From: the human T2T-CHM13v2.0 reference genome, Homo sapiens
Strand: one strand, 5' to 3'
DNA length: 64,000 nt
Assembly (NCBI RefSeq): GCF_009914755.1
Contig: NC_060933.1
A model generated the notes under the pieces. That model searched no databases and was not told the DNA's origin. It saw only the letters and a program-made list of their open reading frames with translations. Shown here piece by piece: positions 1-14,432 of this stretch. Position 1 is the first letter of the stretch. Each line of letters opens with the position of its first letter. Both the position numbers and the translations under genes were made by a program.

Positions 1-435
1 AAAAATAATAGTAAGTTAGATTTCTACACGAGCAAAAATCTGCAAGAAGTATATAGTACATGTCAATAAAAATGAGAAGTTCAAAATCCCAGATATGGAC
101 TCCACTACAGGACATATGATGTATATTCTTCAGCAAATAAATGGCATAAAGAGTGGAAGGGAAGCTGGCAGTGATTAAAAGAGAAACTCTTAAGGTATAA
201 CAGCCAGATGTAATGTGAGGTCCTTATTGGATCCTGATTTGATCAGGCCAACCATAAGAAAAACTGAGATAGTTATAAAAGTTTGAACATAGACAGATAT
301 TGAGTGATATTGAGAAATTATTGTTAATTTTCTTGGGTATAATAATGACATTGGTATTTTAAAAGTTTTTATCTGTTAGAAAAGTAAATACTGAAGTATT
401 CATAGGTGAAAGTATATAACCTCTGGGATTTGGTT

Positions 436-740
436 TCTTTTCTTTTTTTTTTTTTTGAAACAGGGTCTCACTCTGTGGTTCAGGCTGGAGTGCAGTGGTG
501 TGAAATCAGCTCACTGCAACCTCCGTGTCATGGGCTCAGGTGATCCTCCAACCTCAGCTTCCTGAGTAGCTGGGACTATGGGTGCGTACCACATGCCTGG
601 CTAATTTTTGTATTTTTTAGTAGAGATGGGGTTTCTCTATGTTGCCCAGGCTGGTCTCAAACTCCAGGGCTAAAGCGTTCTGCCCACCTCTGCCTCCCAA
701 AGTGCTGAGATTATAGGCATGAGCCACCATGCCTACCTAG
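436..740 (-). mobile_element. Alu
   Basis: Alu consensus motifs, polyT at left. Confidence 0.9.
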
Positions 741-1096
741 GATTTGTTTTCTGATGATTGCTTTCACAATTTAGTAGTTGAATAAACATGGAAGCTTATT
801 ATACTCTTTTCTGGTTTTTTAAATGTATTTGAAAATTCCATAATAAAAAGAGTCTTCATTTTTGCACTGATTGTTTATTGGTTGCAAGGGAAGGAATAGT
901 AACTGTGCAGTGGAGAAATATGGTAACACTATGGTTAGATGATAAAAATTGACATTATAAAGTGAGTACGGATGGACGTTGTATGCTGCCCTGTGGGATA
1001 TACTGAGGAAAATACAGTATCACATGTTCTGGTTGGAAATGCATAACCGGAATCTAATCATGAAGAAATATCAGTTGAATCCAAAATGAGCATTCA

Positions 1097-2074
<978 letters not shown>

Positions 2075-2244
2075 CTAGATTAACGGAGACTAAAGAGATA
2101 TGTCAATTAAAAGCACTACCCTAAACCGGGTCCTGTAGTGGAAGGAAAAAATGCTCTAAAGGGCATTATTGAGTCAATTGACAAAATTAAAATACTGTGA
2201 AAGTAGATACATGAGAGACCAAGCTTTGATGTATTCAGATCACT

Positions 2245-2538
2245 TTTTTTTTTTTTCTTTTTGAGACAGGGTCAGTCTCTGTTTCCCAGGCTAGAGTACA
2301 GTGGTGTAATCATGGCTCACTGCAGCCTCAACCTTTGGGATCAAACAGTCTTCCTGACTGAGCCTCCCGAGTAGCTGGGACTACAGGCACACACTGCCAC
2401 ACATGGCTAATTTTTTAATTTTGTAGAGACAGGGTCTCACTATGTTGCCCTGGCTGGTTTCGACTTCTGGGCTCAAGTGATCCCCGTCTTGGTCTCCCAA
2501 ATTGCTGGGATTATAGGCATGAGCCACTGCACCTGGCC
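2245..2538 (-). mobile_element. Alu
   Basis: Alu motifs. Confidence 0.9.
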
Positions 2539-2999
2539 TCAAATCACTCTTAAGTGGTTTGGAGAAAATAAGATATAGAGAAGGAGAAAGGGAGAAGGAG
2601 AGAAAATGAGCACAAATGCTAAATCATTGGGGTAAAATATTAACAATACATGAATCTGGGTGAAGGATATGTGAGTATTTTTTTTGTACTATTATTCTTG
2701 CAACTTTAAATTTGAATTATTTACAAATAAAAAGTTGGAAAAAGTTAAAAACAATGGAGTACCTAGGAATAAAGCCAACAAAAGATGTATAATACCTTTC
2801 TGTAGGAAATTATATCATAATGAAATACATTAGAAAGACCTAAATAAATGGAATTATACCATGTTCATGGATTAGAACACTCACTGTCACAAAAATGTCA
2901 ATTCTTTCCACTTTGAATTATAGACTTAATGTAATTTCTGTCAAAATCTCAACTGATTTCACTTGACCAGTTAGATAATGAGATTCTAAAATATATGTG

Positions 3000-3285
3000 G
3001 GCCGGGCGTGGTGGCTTATGCCTGTAATCCCAGCACTTTGGGAAGCCGAGGCCGGTGGATCACTTGAGCTCAGGTATTCCAGACCAGCCTAGCCAACATG
3101 GCAAAACCCTGTCTCTACTAAAAATACAAAAAATAGCCAGTCATGGTGGCGCATACCTGTAGTCCCAGGTACTCAGGAGGCTGAGGCAGGAGAATCACTT
3201 GAACCCAGGAGGCTGAGGTTGCAGTGAGCCGAGATCACGCCCCTACACTCCAGCCTGGGCAACAGAGTGAGACTCTGTCTCAAAG

Positions 3286-3316
<31 letters not shown>

Positions 3317-3335
3317 AGTAAAAAATAAAATAAAA
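3000..3335 (+). mobile_element. Alu
   Basis: TSD aaaatatatgtg, (TAAA)n tail. Confidence 0.9.
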
Positions 3336-3679
3336 TATATGTGGAAAATTAAAGGTCCAAATATAGACAAGAAACTCTTGAAGAAGAATAAATTGGAATC
3401 ATTTGCCTTATCAGTTATTAAGACTGATAAAGCTGTTTTAATTAAGGCAGTGTGATCATGTAGATTAGTGGAACAGAATAGAGAGTCCAAAAGCAGATAA
3501 TATATATATTTATGGACATTCAGTTTATGACAGAGCTGATATTGAAGAGCAGTGGGAAAGATGGGCATTTCAGACTTGGACAGTTGGTTATCTATGTAGG
3601 GAAAAAATGTATTAGTCCCTTACTTCAGTTCATACACAAAAATTAATTCCAGGTAGATTAAAGACCAAACTTATTAATT

Positions 3680-4700
<1,021 letters not shown>

Positions 4701-4717
4701 ATAAAGAATTTCTGCTA

Positions 4718-5138
<421 letters not shown>

Positions 5139-5177
5139 ATGGGCAAAACCAATTAATAGGAACTTTGCAAAAGAAGG

Positions 5178-6215
5178 TATTGGGGGAACCTGCCCCAAGT
5201 ATTTCAACATAGGTTCTTTCTATTTTCCTTAAGTGTCGGCCAGCTGAGAAATAGAGACAGCACAAAGAGAGGAATTTTACAGCTGGGCCTCCAGGGGTGA
5301 CATCACATATCAGTAGGACTGTGATGCCTGCCTGAGATTCAGACCAGAAAGTTTTTATTAAGAGTTTCAAAAGAGGGGGAGGTGTAAGAACAGGGAGTAG
5401 GTACAAAGATCACATGCTTCAAAGGGTGAAAAGCAGGACTACTAATAAGGGTCTAACAAAGATCACATGCTTCTGAGGGAACAGGACAAAGGGAAAAAGC
5501 AGAACCACTGATAAGGGTCTATGTTCAGTGGTGCAGGTATTGTCTTGATAAACATCTTAAACAACAGAAAACAGGTTTGAGAGCAGAGAACCGGTTGACC
5601 ACAAATTTACCAGGGCAGAGTTTTTCCTCACCCTAGAAAGCCTGAGGGCACTGCAGGAGACCAGAGCGTATCTCACTCCCTCACTCCTTATCTCAACTGC
5701 ATAAGACAGACATTCCCAGAGTGGCCGTTGATAGACCTGCCCCCAGGAATGCATCCCTTTTCCAGGGTATTAATATTAATATTCCTTGCTAGGAAAAGAA
5801 TTTAGCAATATCTCTCCTACTTGCACATCCGTTTATAGGCTCTCTGCAAGAAGAAAAATATGGCTCTTTTTGCCTGACCCCACAGGCAGTCAGACCTTAT
5901 GGTTGTCTTCCCTTGTTCCCTAAAAATTGCTGTTATTCTATTCTTTTTCAAGGTGTGCTGATTTCATATTGTTCAAACACACGTTTTACAATCAATTTGT
6001 ACAGTTAACACAATTATCACAGTGGTCCTGAGGTGACGTACATCCTCAGCTTACAAAGATAACAGGGTTAAGAGATTAAAGTAAAGACAGGCATAAGAAA
6101 TTATAAAAGTATTATTTGGGAACTGATAAATGTCCATGAAATCTTCACAATTTATATTCCTCTGCCATGGTTCCAACTGTTCCCTCCATTGGGGGGTCCC
6201 AGACTTCCCGTAACA
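5178..6215 (-). mobile_element. 3' LTR (MER11-type), 1038 bp
   Basis: Starts TGTTACGGG directly after the PPT, ends CCCCCAATA at the TSD. Confidence 0.93.
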
Positions 6216-8542
6216 TCTCTCCCTTTCTTTTTATATAAATGAGCCACGGCGATGAAGGCTTGTTCGTTCTCTCGGTTTTGACGCAGGATTCGTTGACTGG
6301 TCTGGCACGCTAAAAAGTCGATTAAACAGAGAAACATGATTCCAAAATTTACTACAGTGGAGCCCCCAATAGACTTAATCCAAGTCGTGGGGTTTAGTCC
6401 AGAAAGACTTTCTGCCACCTGACCTAACGCCTCAGCTCCAGGCACAATGGATAAATAAGCTTGAGAGGCTTCAAAAATTATTGTCTTTAATTTAGTTACG
6501 TCCAAGGATAAATGATCTTCCCTACCCAGCAGGTGTCCTTTGACCATTTCCCATGACTCATCAGTCTCATTGTAGGAATATGGTGTGATACAGAAATCAG
6601 AAGTATTCCAGTCACACTGCACTTGCATGTGATATTCGAGACTCATTAGCCAATCTCCAAGCCAAATAACAGACTGTCTTAAATCGTTAATTTGATTAGC
6701 TAATTTTTGATCAATGCCCTGTTGAGAATTCCACATTTGGGTGGAATTGGCTTGCCAATCATTAACAAAATGAGCCACTTGAATAGATTGGTGTAACGCC
6801 ACTCTGGCAGTGGTGGCCAGTGCAGTGACTGTAATTAGGCCCATGATCACAGCGATTAAAGTGAAAACAAATCTCTTAGATCTTTTGAGAATTTGCTGTA
6901 GCACTTCATTAATTAAATGTACTGAGGGGGAAGATTCCCAAGGTCTGGGTAAAGTTACTGGTATCCAGATTCCTTCTTGAGCGGGAACCAACATTACACT
7001 TTTCCTGAAGTCAAAACAGGAGTTAACACAAGTGCATAAATGACAATGTATTGGACAGTTTGATTGTTCATCCAAATTTTGATATTTCCCACTAACAGCA
7101 TGTAAGGAGGCTTAACACAACTCTGTATAGGAATAGTCAGGCTGGAGGTAATCAAAGCAGAATGTTTGAATCTACGTTGATACTGAGGGAGAGGAGCAGC
7201 GTGGCAATGCCTGATGTTCTCCACCATAAAGAAGCAATCTGAGGTGCCCAGGGATGCCGAAGAGGTAGAGGGGCATACCTGGGTCGAGAAGAATTATCAT
7301 AATGCCAATTGGAGTCCCATAAAGGGGGATCGGTGTCAAAAAGAGGAAGAGGGTTCAAAGGGGATTTATCATGGGGTTCAGAATCACAGATGTGAGGGGT
7401 GGTAGTGGGGACAACAGACAGAAAAGTTTCCCCTTCCCATACTCGCAGTCCGGACATGGCAATAGCCAATTTCCAAAGTTCTGGGTGTTCTGGGCTCAGA
7501 ATGGGGAATATCATACAAAGCCTCAGGGCTGGGGTGGGCGGGTAATGCCCTTATCTTCTCATTTTAAGGGAAAGAACGAGCTGAACTACCTATGGAAAGA
7601 AGGATGGTGATCCTCGTCCTCCCAATAAGAAATAAAATAAGTAGCCTCCAGACATCCTCTTCCGCCAGAGGAGCAATTGTTTTTTAAATAGCCCTTTGGT
7701 GCCCAGTCTATTACTAAACCATGTGAGTCATTTTTTAATACTGCTGCATGTGAGTTAACACAATCTTCCTAAATTAAAGTTTTAGATGGGCCCTCAAAAT
7801 TTTTAGGACATAGTTTTCCTATGGGTTTATATTGAAAATATGGGGTATCTCCTATTACTCCCCCTTTCATTTGTCTTAAAGGAGAAAGGGAGAGGCCGGA
7901 GACCAAATGTCCCCATTCCCCTGTGGCTGATCTCTCCGGAAGGTAAGCAGCCCAGACTTGAGTTTCTAGATGGATACAACCAGGTGGATGTCCGAGGCAC
8001 AGAGGAGGGTATTTATAACCCATAGTAACATTAAATGCAGTGCCTTCTTCTCCTGGTCGAGTGGGGCAATGGTCATCTGTAGCTCCAGGCATATATACAC
8101 TATCGTTAGTATAGATTTCTGCAGGAGCATCCATCCAGGTGAGAGGTCGAATAAGTGGAGGAAAAGGCACATAAGCCCAATAAGAATAATTTTATGTAGC
8201 AGGTAAATCAGTTTGAGGGGAAACTGGTGAGACAGAAAGTGTAAGGAGGAGAATTATTAAATAAAACCTACTGTAAGCGAGATCCAGTGCTGGAGGAGGA
8301 AGAGAAGAACAGAGGGATGTTATTTTCAGGCTAATAGAAATGGTGAGATTTTTAGGTTCGTAAGGAGAAAAAGAAAGGTAATTAGGAGATGTGGGATTAG
8401 TTAGAGGGGTCTCTGTTGCCATTTGGGAGGACTGAACCAGACCCATTTTGATTTGGCCTACCAGTTTCTGAGGAGTCGGCACAGATCTCACCAGGTATGA
8501 GGGCAGTCTCTGACGCGGACATCTCTTTTCTGTGGTTTTCAT
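6152..8542 (-). pseudogene. env: ERV env (signal peptide, disrupted SU, open TM)
   Basis: YWAYVPFPPLIRP SU start; furin site RSKR/FVFTLIAVIMGLI; LANQINDLRQSVIWLG; CDWNTSDFC loop; stop codon inside the 3' LTR. Confidence 0.9.
6216..6232 (-). promoter_or_regulatory. Polypurine tract
   Basis: AAAAAGAAAGGGAGAGA abutting the 3' LTR. Confidence 0.85.
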
Positions 8543-8744
8543 TGTCAGTATGCACACGAAGTTTAAGTCTTCTAGTGGGCACCCAGACAGGGGATTGATG
8601 ATCTCCTGGTGAAACGCAAGCATACCCTCTTCCCCACGTTATAATTGTTCCAGGTTCCCAGGTATTGGTTTGGGAGTTTTTCCATAACACTGGCTTGCTT
8701 TCATTGAGGGAGAATTTTTTGCCTATGAATAGTGTTCAGCAGCA
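8397..8744 (-). pseudogene. pol: ERV pol, integrase C-terminal domain only
   Basis: [34 protein letters not shown], typical betaretroviral IN C-terminus. Confidence 0.88.
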
Positions 8745-9197
8745 TTCCCTGAGGAAGTACTTTCCATTGATAATGAGCTGCAGGCTCCTGATTATTGATA
8801 GATGGTACAGTAAAAGCAAATTTTGACAATCTGATTTATGTAAAGCAATATGAAAGAAACAGTCTTTAAGATCAATAACTATGAGAGGCCAATTCTTAGG
8901 TATTAAAGGAGGGGCAGGCATGCCAGGTTGGACGGCTCCCATAGGTTTAATTACAGCATTAATGGCCCTTAAATCAGTTACCATCCTCCACTTCCCTGAT
9001 TTCTTTTTTACTAGAAACACAGGAGAATTCCAGGGGGAAAGAGGAGGTTCCACATTTCCAAGTTGTAACTGTTCAGAAACCAATTGAGTTAAAGCCTCCA
9101 GTTTTTCTTTAGAGAGCAGCCACTGCTCAATCCAAACAGGTGTTTCAGATTTCCCTCGTAGAGGAACAGGATTAGGAGGCGTAGCAGTGGCCGTCAT
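8745..9197 (-). pseudogene. pol: ERV pol, N-terminal RT fragment only
   Basis: [37 protein letters not shown], then after a frameshift WKVLPQGML, where RT homology stops. Confidence 0.9.
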
Positions 9198-10209
9198 TAA
9201 AAAGGATAACCTAAACCAGCCCTGTCTTCTTTTACGGTAACTTGAAGAGGTTTGGTAATTCCTTCATGTCTTGGACTGAGACCGAGTCCTGGAACAAACC
9301 CCATGTTTTCCATTATATGTTGACTGGGAGCACTATAAGAGTTATGTGGAATATTAATTTCAGCCCCCCATTGTGCCAGCAAATCTCTACCCCAAAGATT
9401 AATGGGGATTGGTGTGATATGAGGCTGAATTGTACCCTTTTGACCATCAGGGCTAGTGCAAGGCAAGATAAATGTGCTCTGGTGAACTTCATCAGCTTTT
9501 CCAACCCCTACTAGTCCCATTTTAGTGGGATGTTTAGGCCAGGAGGAAGGCCATAGATTAGAGGAAATAATAGAAGCATCAGCCCTAGTATCTACTAGGC
9601 CCTCACACTTTTTTCCTTGAATGTGTATGGTGCAGGTGGGCTGTTGTTTAGAAATTACATTAATCCAATAAGCGGCTTTTTCACCACCAGAGCCCATCCC
9701 AGGGCCCCGTGTCTTATCTCCTTTGCTTAAAACAATATTAGGTGGTAAAAGTAATTGAGCAATTGACTCACCAGCTGGAATGGAAACAGGAACCTTGGCA
9801 GACACCATAAGTTTATTCTCATTAGAGGAATCAAAATGAGACCAGTATGAACCGTGATTCCTTTAGTAGTAGTGGATGTCATACCTAACACCAGGCCCAC
9901 CGAACCTTGAGGTAAAGGGCCAGAACCTTGAGGTAAAGGCCCTGTGAGGACAATTAAAGGGAAAGAATTAGGTAGTAAATTTAGAGGAACGGTACTACAG
10001 AGATTGACCACCCCGCCCCCTACTGTGGAGGTAGACAAGTGTACTGAGACAGAAGAAGAGGCTGGGACCTACCTGAGTTGGCTGTAGGTAAGTTTGTGTG
10101 TGCTGGGGGCTGTGTTGGGACCGCTTGAAGCAGAAATGCAACACTGGTCTGAGTCTGAGGTGTCCCATTTCATATTGGGGCCGGAGACTGGCCCCGCTTC
10201 CGATTTCCC
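9197..10209 (-). pseudogene. pro: ERV pro: dUTPase, aspartic protease, G-patch; disrupted
   Basis: dUTPase-like GPLPQGSVGLVLG...IAQLLL; protease GLVDTRADASII and NLWGRDLL; G-patch IMENMGFVPGLGL; slippery GGGAAAT at 10203-10209. Confidence 0.88.
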
Positions 10210-12163
10210 TGGTTCTGTGGCAAGGGATTTCCATCTATATCAGACTTAGAACGGCAAGTACTTGCCCAATGTTTGCCTTTATGACAACAAGGGCAAACAG
10301 TAGCAGGAGCATTTGGCTGTGTTTGTTGAGCTGGCTTGGCTGCTTTTAAGTTTTTAATGGTGCAGTTTGTTCGAGTATGACCAAGTTGACCACAGTTATA
10401 GCAGGCTCCAAGAAAAGAATCAGTCGAGCCGGTTTGATTGCCGTCCTTCATAGCCCGTGCCCACAGAATAGCTTTGTGGGTCCCTGATCCAATGCCTTCA
10501 CAAGCTTTAATATATGCAGGCAACACCTCGTGATCAGCTAAATTTTGTCATTGGATGGCATGCATGGCCATTTTACACTCATGGTTCACATTCTTAAAAG
10601 CTAACATGCTAACATACAAAGGAGAATACCTTGAGCGCGCTCATCAGAGATGAATTTTTCAACAGCATCTTGTAATTTAGCCAAAAAATCAGGATATAAT
10701 TCATTGCGACCCTGTTTAACAGTAGTAAAAGAAACAGGAGCTTGACTTGGGGCACGTAATTTATCCCAAGTTCTCATACACACCTTTGTTACTTGTTCCA
10801 TGGTGAGAGCATCAAAGCCTAATTGGGAGGTAGTGTCAGAGTAATTATCGGAGCCTGTGAGCTGAGCCTGAGTAATTGGAATGCCATCAGCCCAATTTAG
10901 CTGAGCCTGCAGACGGGCCTCCTCTCACCACCAGGTACGGAATTGTAAATGCTGAGATGGAGTTAGAACAGCTTTTGCCAAAAGGTCCCAGTCTAAAGGA
11001 AGCAAAATGACCTCAGTACAAAGAGTCTGTAATACCATTTTAACATATGGAGAAGTAGGACCATACTGAGTACAAGCATCCTTGAATTCTTTTAAAAAGG
11101 TAAGATTGAGCGGCCTAAATCAATGCACTTGTACCCCTTGAGCACTGGGAGATTCCAGCGCGACCGGATAAGCCGACACCTCTAATCCACTTGTTTCTTT
11201 TTTCTGGCGTAATAAGTGTTGTATGGAAGTTTCAAGAACAGGCACATGACATGGACTCGGCATAGAAATGACAGGAAAAGTATGTGTAGATAAGGGAAAC
11301 TGAGGTTGAGGAGGTCGGACTGGTATGAGAGTATGAGAAAGGGGCATTGGGGGAGCAGAAAAGGCATAAGCATACTGGTGATTATTGGCTCAATCCTGTG
11401 CAACCAGAGTGGCAGGGGCATCCACGTGTGAAGAAGGGTACAGAGAAGCAGGTTGAATGGATGGCAAAGTGACCAAATGAGGGACCGAAATGACAGGAGA
11501 GTGAGGGGCTGTGGTGGATGAGGGAGGGCCTGCAGAATTACAGGTAAATTGTAGTTTGGTTCCGGAGCCATCAGATGGCTCCGGAAGCAAAGGCTGCAAA
11601 GGTTTGAAGAGGGAAGAGTTAGTATAGATATGGTCCTGGGCTGTCCAAGTCGGGTCCGTGGGAGCTACAAGTACCGGCTCCTCATGAAAAGAAATAAGAT
11701 CATTGGGGGTGACGTTAAGCCAAAGTCACCAGAGTTAGATATTGAGTCCTCAATATCGTCAGGTAGGGGAGGAGTTGGTGAAGGGAGAGGCTTGAGCAGA
11801 TAACGAAGGCCGAACGGGAGAGGAAACCTGAGGAAGAGGTAGAGGGTCACCAGACACAGAAAACAGTGGTAACTGCAGGGGGTTACAGGATTGGTATTTT
11901 AGGACAGCACTTACCAAGGCCCAATCACCCCAAACAGTGACGGGAGCATAATTTCCTGTTGGGACCAGTTCCTGGAATTTTGCACCAACATGATCCCATA
12001 GTCCCACATCTAACATTCCCTTTTCAGGAAACCAAGGACAGTGTTCTTCCACTGCCCTGAATAGGATGTCCATATTTTCCATAGGTACCTGAACTCCTCC
12101 CTGTTTTAACAGGAGTTTAATATAGCAGAGATAAGCATAATGCTTAGACTTCGTGTGACCCAT
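10170..12163 (-). pseudogene. gag: ERV gag, disrupted (MA, CA, NC)
   Basis: MGHTKSKH...CPWFPEKG matrix; MHR-like VKQGRNELYPDFLAKL; zinc knuckles [14 protein letters not shown] and [14 protein letters not shown]; split over several frames. Confidence 0.9.
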
Positions 12164-12298
12164 AGTTACCCCGGACAATACACAGACAACTCACCAAATG
12201 TCAGGGAGCCGAACAAGCGTTTCTGTGAACCGGACCAATGAACGTTTCTATGCACGTACCAAAAGGAATCGGGTTCCCACATGCACTTAGGAAAAAGA

Positions 12299-12316
12299 AA
12301 GCCACTTGGCATGCCA
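12299..12316 (-). promoter_or_regulatory. Degenerate primer-binding site (tRNA-Lys-like)
   Basis: TGGCATGCCAAGTGGC 2 nt after the 5' LTR; partial match to tRNA-Lys PBS TGGCGCCCAACGTGGGGC. Confidence 0.65.
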
Positions 12317-12318
12317 GA

Positions 12319-13335
12319 TATTGGGGGAACCTACCCCTAATATTTCAATGTAGGTTCTTTCTATTTTCTGTGTCAGCTAGCTGAGAAATAAAGAGAGACA
12401 GTACAAAGAGAGGAATTTTACAGCTGGGCCGCCGGGGGTGACATCACATATCGGTAGGACCGTGATGCCCACCTGAGTCTCAGACCAGCAAGGTTTTATT
12501 AAAGGTTTCAAAAGGGGAGGGGGTGTAAGAACAGGGAGTAGGTACAAAGATCACATGCTTCAAAGGGCAAAAAGCAGAACTACTAATAAGGGTCTAACAA
12601 AGATTACAGGGCAAAGGGCAAAAACAGAACCACTGATAAGGATCTATGTTCAGTGGTGCACGTATTGTCTTGATAAACATCTTAAACAACAGAAAACAGG
12701 GTTCGAGAGCAGAGAACCAGTTGGACCACAAATTTACCAGGGTGGAGTTTTTCCCCACCCTAGTAAGCCTGAGGGCACTGCAGGAGACCAGAGCGTATCT
12801 CACTCCTTATCTCAACTGCATAAGACAGACGTTCCCAGAGTGGCCGTTTATAGACCTCCCCCCAGGAATGCATTCCTTTCCCAGGGTATTAATATTAATA
12901 TTCCTCGCTAGGAAAAGAATTTAGCAATATCTCGCCTACTTGCACATCCGTTTATAGGCTCTCTGCAAGAAGAAAAATATGGCTCTTTTTGCCCGATGCC
13001 GCAGGCAGTCAGACCTTATGGTTGTCTTCCCTTGTTCCCTAAAAATCACTGTTATTCTGTTCTTTTTCAAGGTGCACTGATTTCATATTGTTCAAACACA
13101 CATGTTTTACAATCAGTTTGTACAGTTAACACAATTATCACAGTGGTCCTGAGGTGACGTACATCCTCAGCTTACGAAGATAACAGGATTAAGAGATTAA
13201 AGTAAAGACAGGCATAAGAAATTATAAAAGTATTATTTGGGAACTGATAAATATCCATGAAATTTTCACAATTTATGTTCCTCTTCCGCGGCTCCAGCTG
13301 GTCCCTCCGTTCGGGGTCCCTGACTTCCCGCAACA
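12319..13335 (-). mobile_element. 5' LTR (MER11-type), 1017 bp
   Basis: Starts TGTTGCGGG, ends CCCCCAATA; direct repeat of 5178-6215; followed by PBS. Confidence 0.93.
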
Positions 13336-13554
13336 AGAAGGAACACAAGCGACCATTAACATGGGAACAAAAATATATTCCACCTCATTAGTAACTGGGG
13401 AAGTGCAAATGAAAATCACCTTGGGATATCATTTCATAATACTGAATTGGTGAAAAAACTTTAAGGTCAGAAATTACCAAGTGTTGGGGAGGTGGTGGAG
13501 CTACGGGAACTCTTATACTCATTCACTGCTGCTGGTAAGGATATTATCCTCTTT

Positions 13555-14257
<703 letters not shown>

Positions 14258-14301
14258 GGGAGATAAGGCCGGGGTTATCTTCCTGTTATTGATTGATAAC
14301 A

Positions 14302-14423
14302 TCCCTTGCTGTTATCTTAATTTTATTCTTTTATTCTTTTTTAATGAGTTTACCAGGAAGTTATTTTAGATGTCTCCTTCTTACTTAGCAAGTGAGTAAG
14401 TAAAAAGTTTAAATGAACTTAAT
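14302..14423 (+). repeat. Copy 1 of ~120-bp local duplication (copy 2 at 15410-15532)
   Basis: cccttgctgttatct...atgagtttac...tgaacttaat occurs twice. Confidence 0.85.
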
Positions 14424-14432
14424 TTAATGCTA

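Larger units (their letters stand above)
5178..13335 (-). mobile_element. Endogenous betaretrovirus provirus, HERV-K11/HML-8 type (MER11 LTRs), pol-deleted, antisense in HSDL2 intron 1
   Basis: Two ~1-kb LTRs, exact TSD AGAAGG (5172-5177 and 13336-13341), PBS, PPT and gag/dut-pro/pol/env relics in order; family from LTR start TGTTGCGGGAAGTCAGGGACCCCGAACGGAGGGACC. Confidence 0.9.

Noticed and set aside
5178-13335. Replication-competent or HML-2 provirus
   Set aside because: LTRs are MER11-like rather than LTR5; many stops and frameshifts, dead protease motif, most of pol missing.
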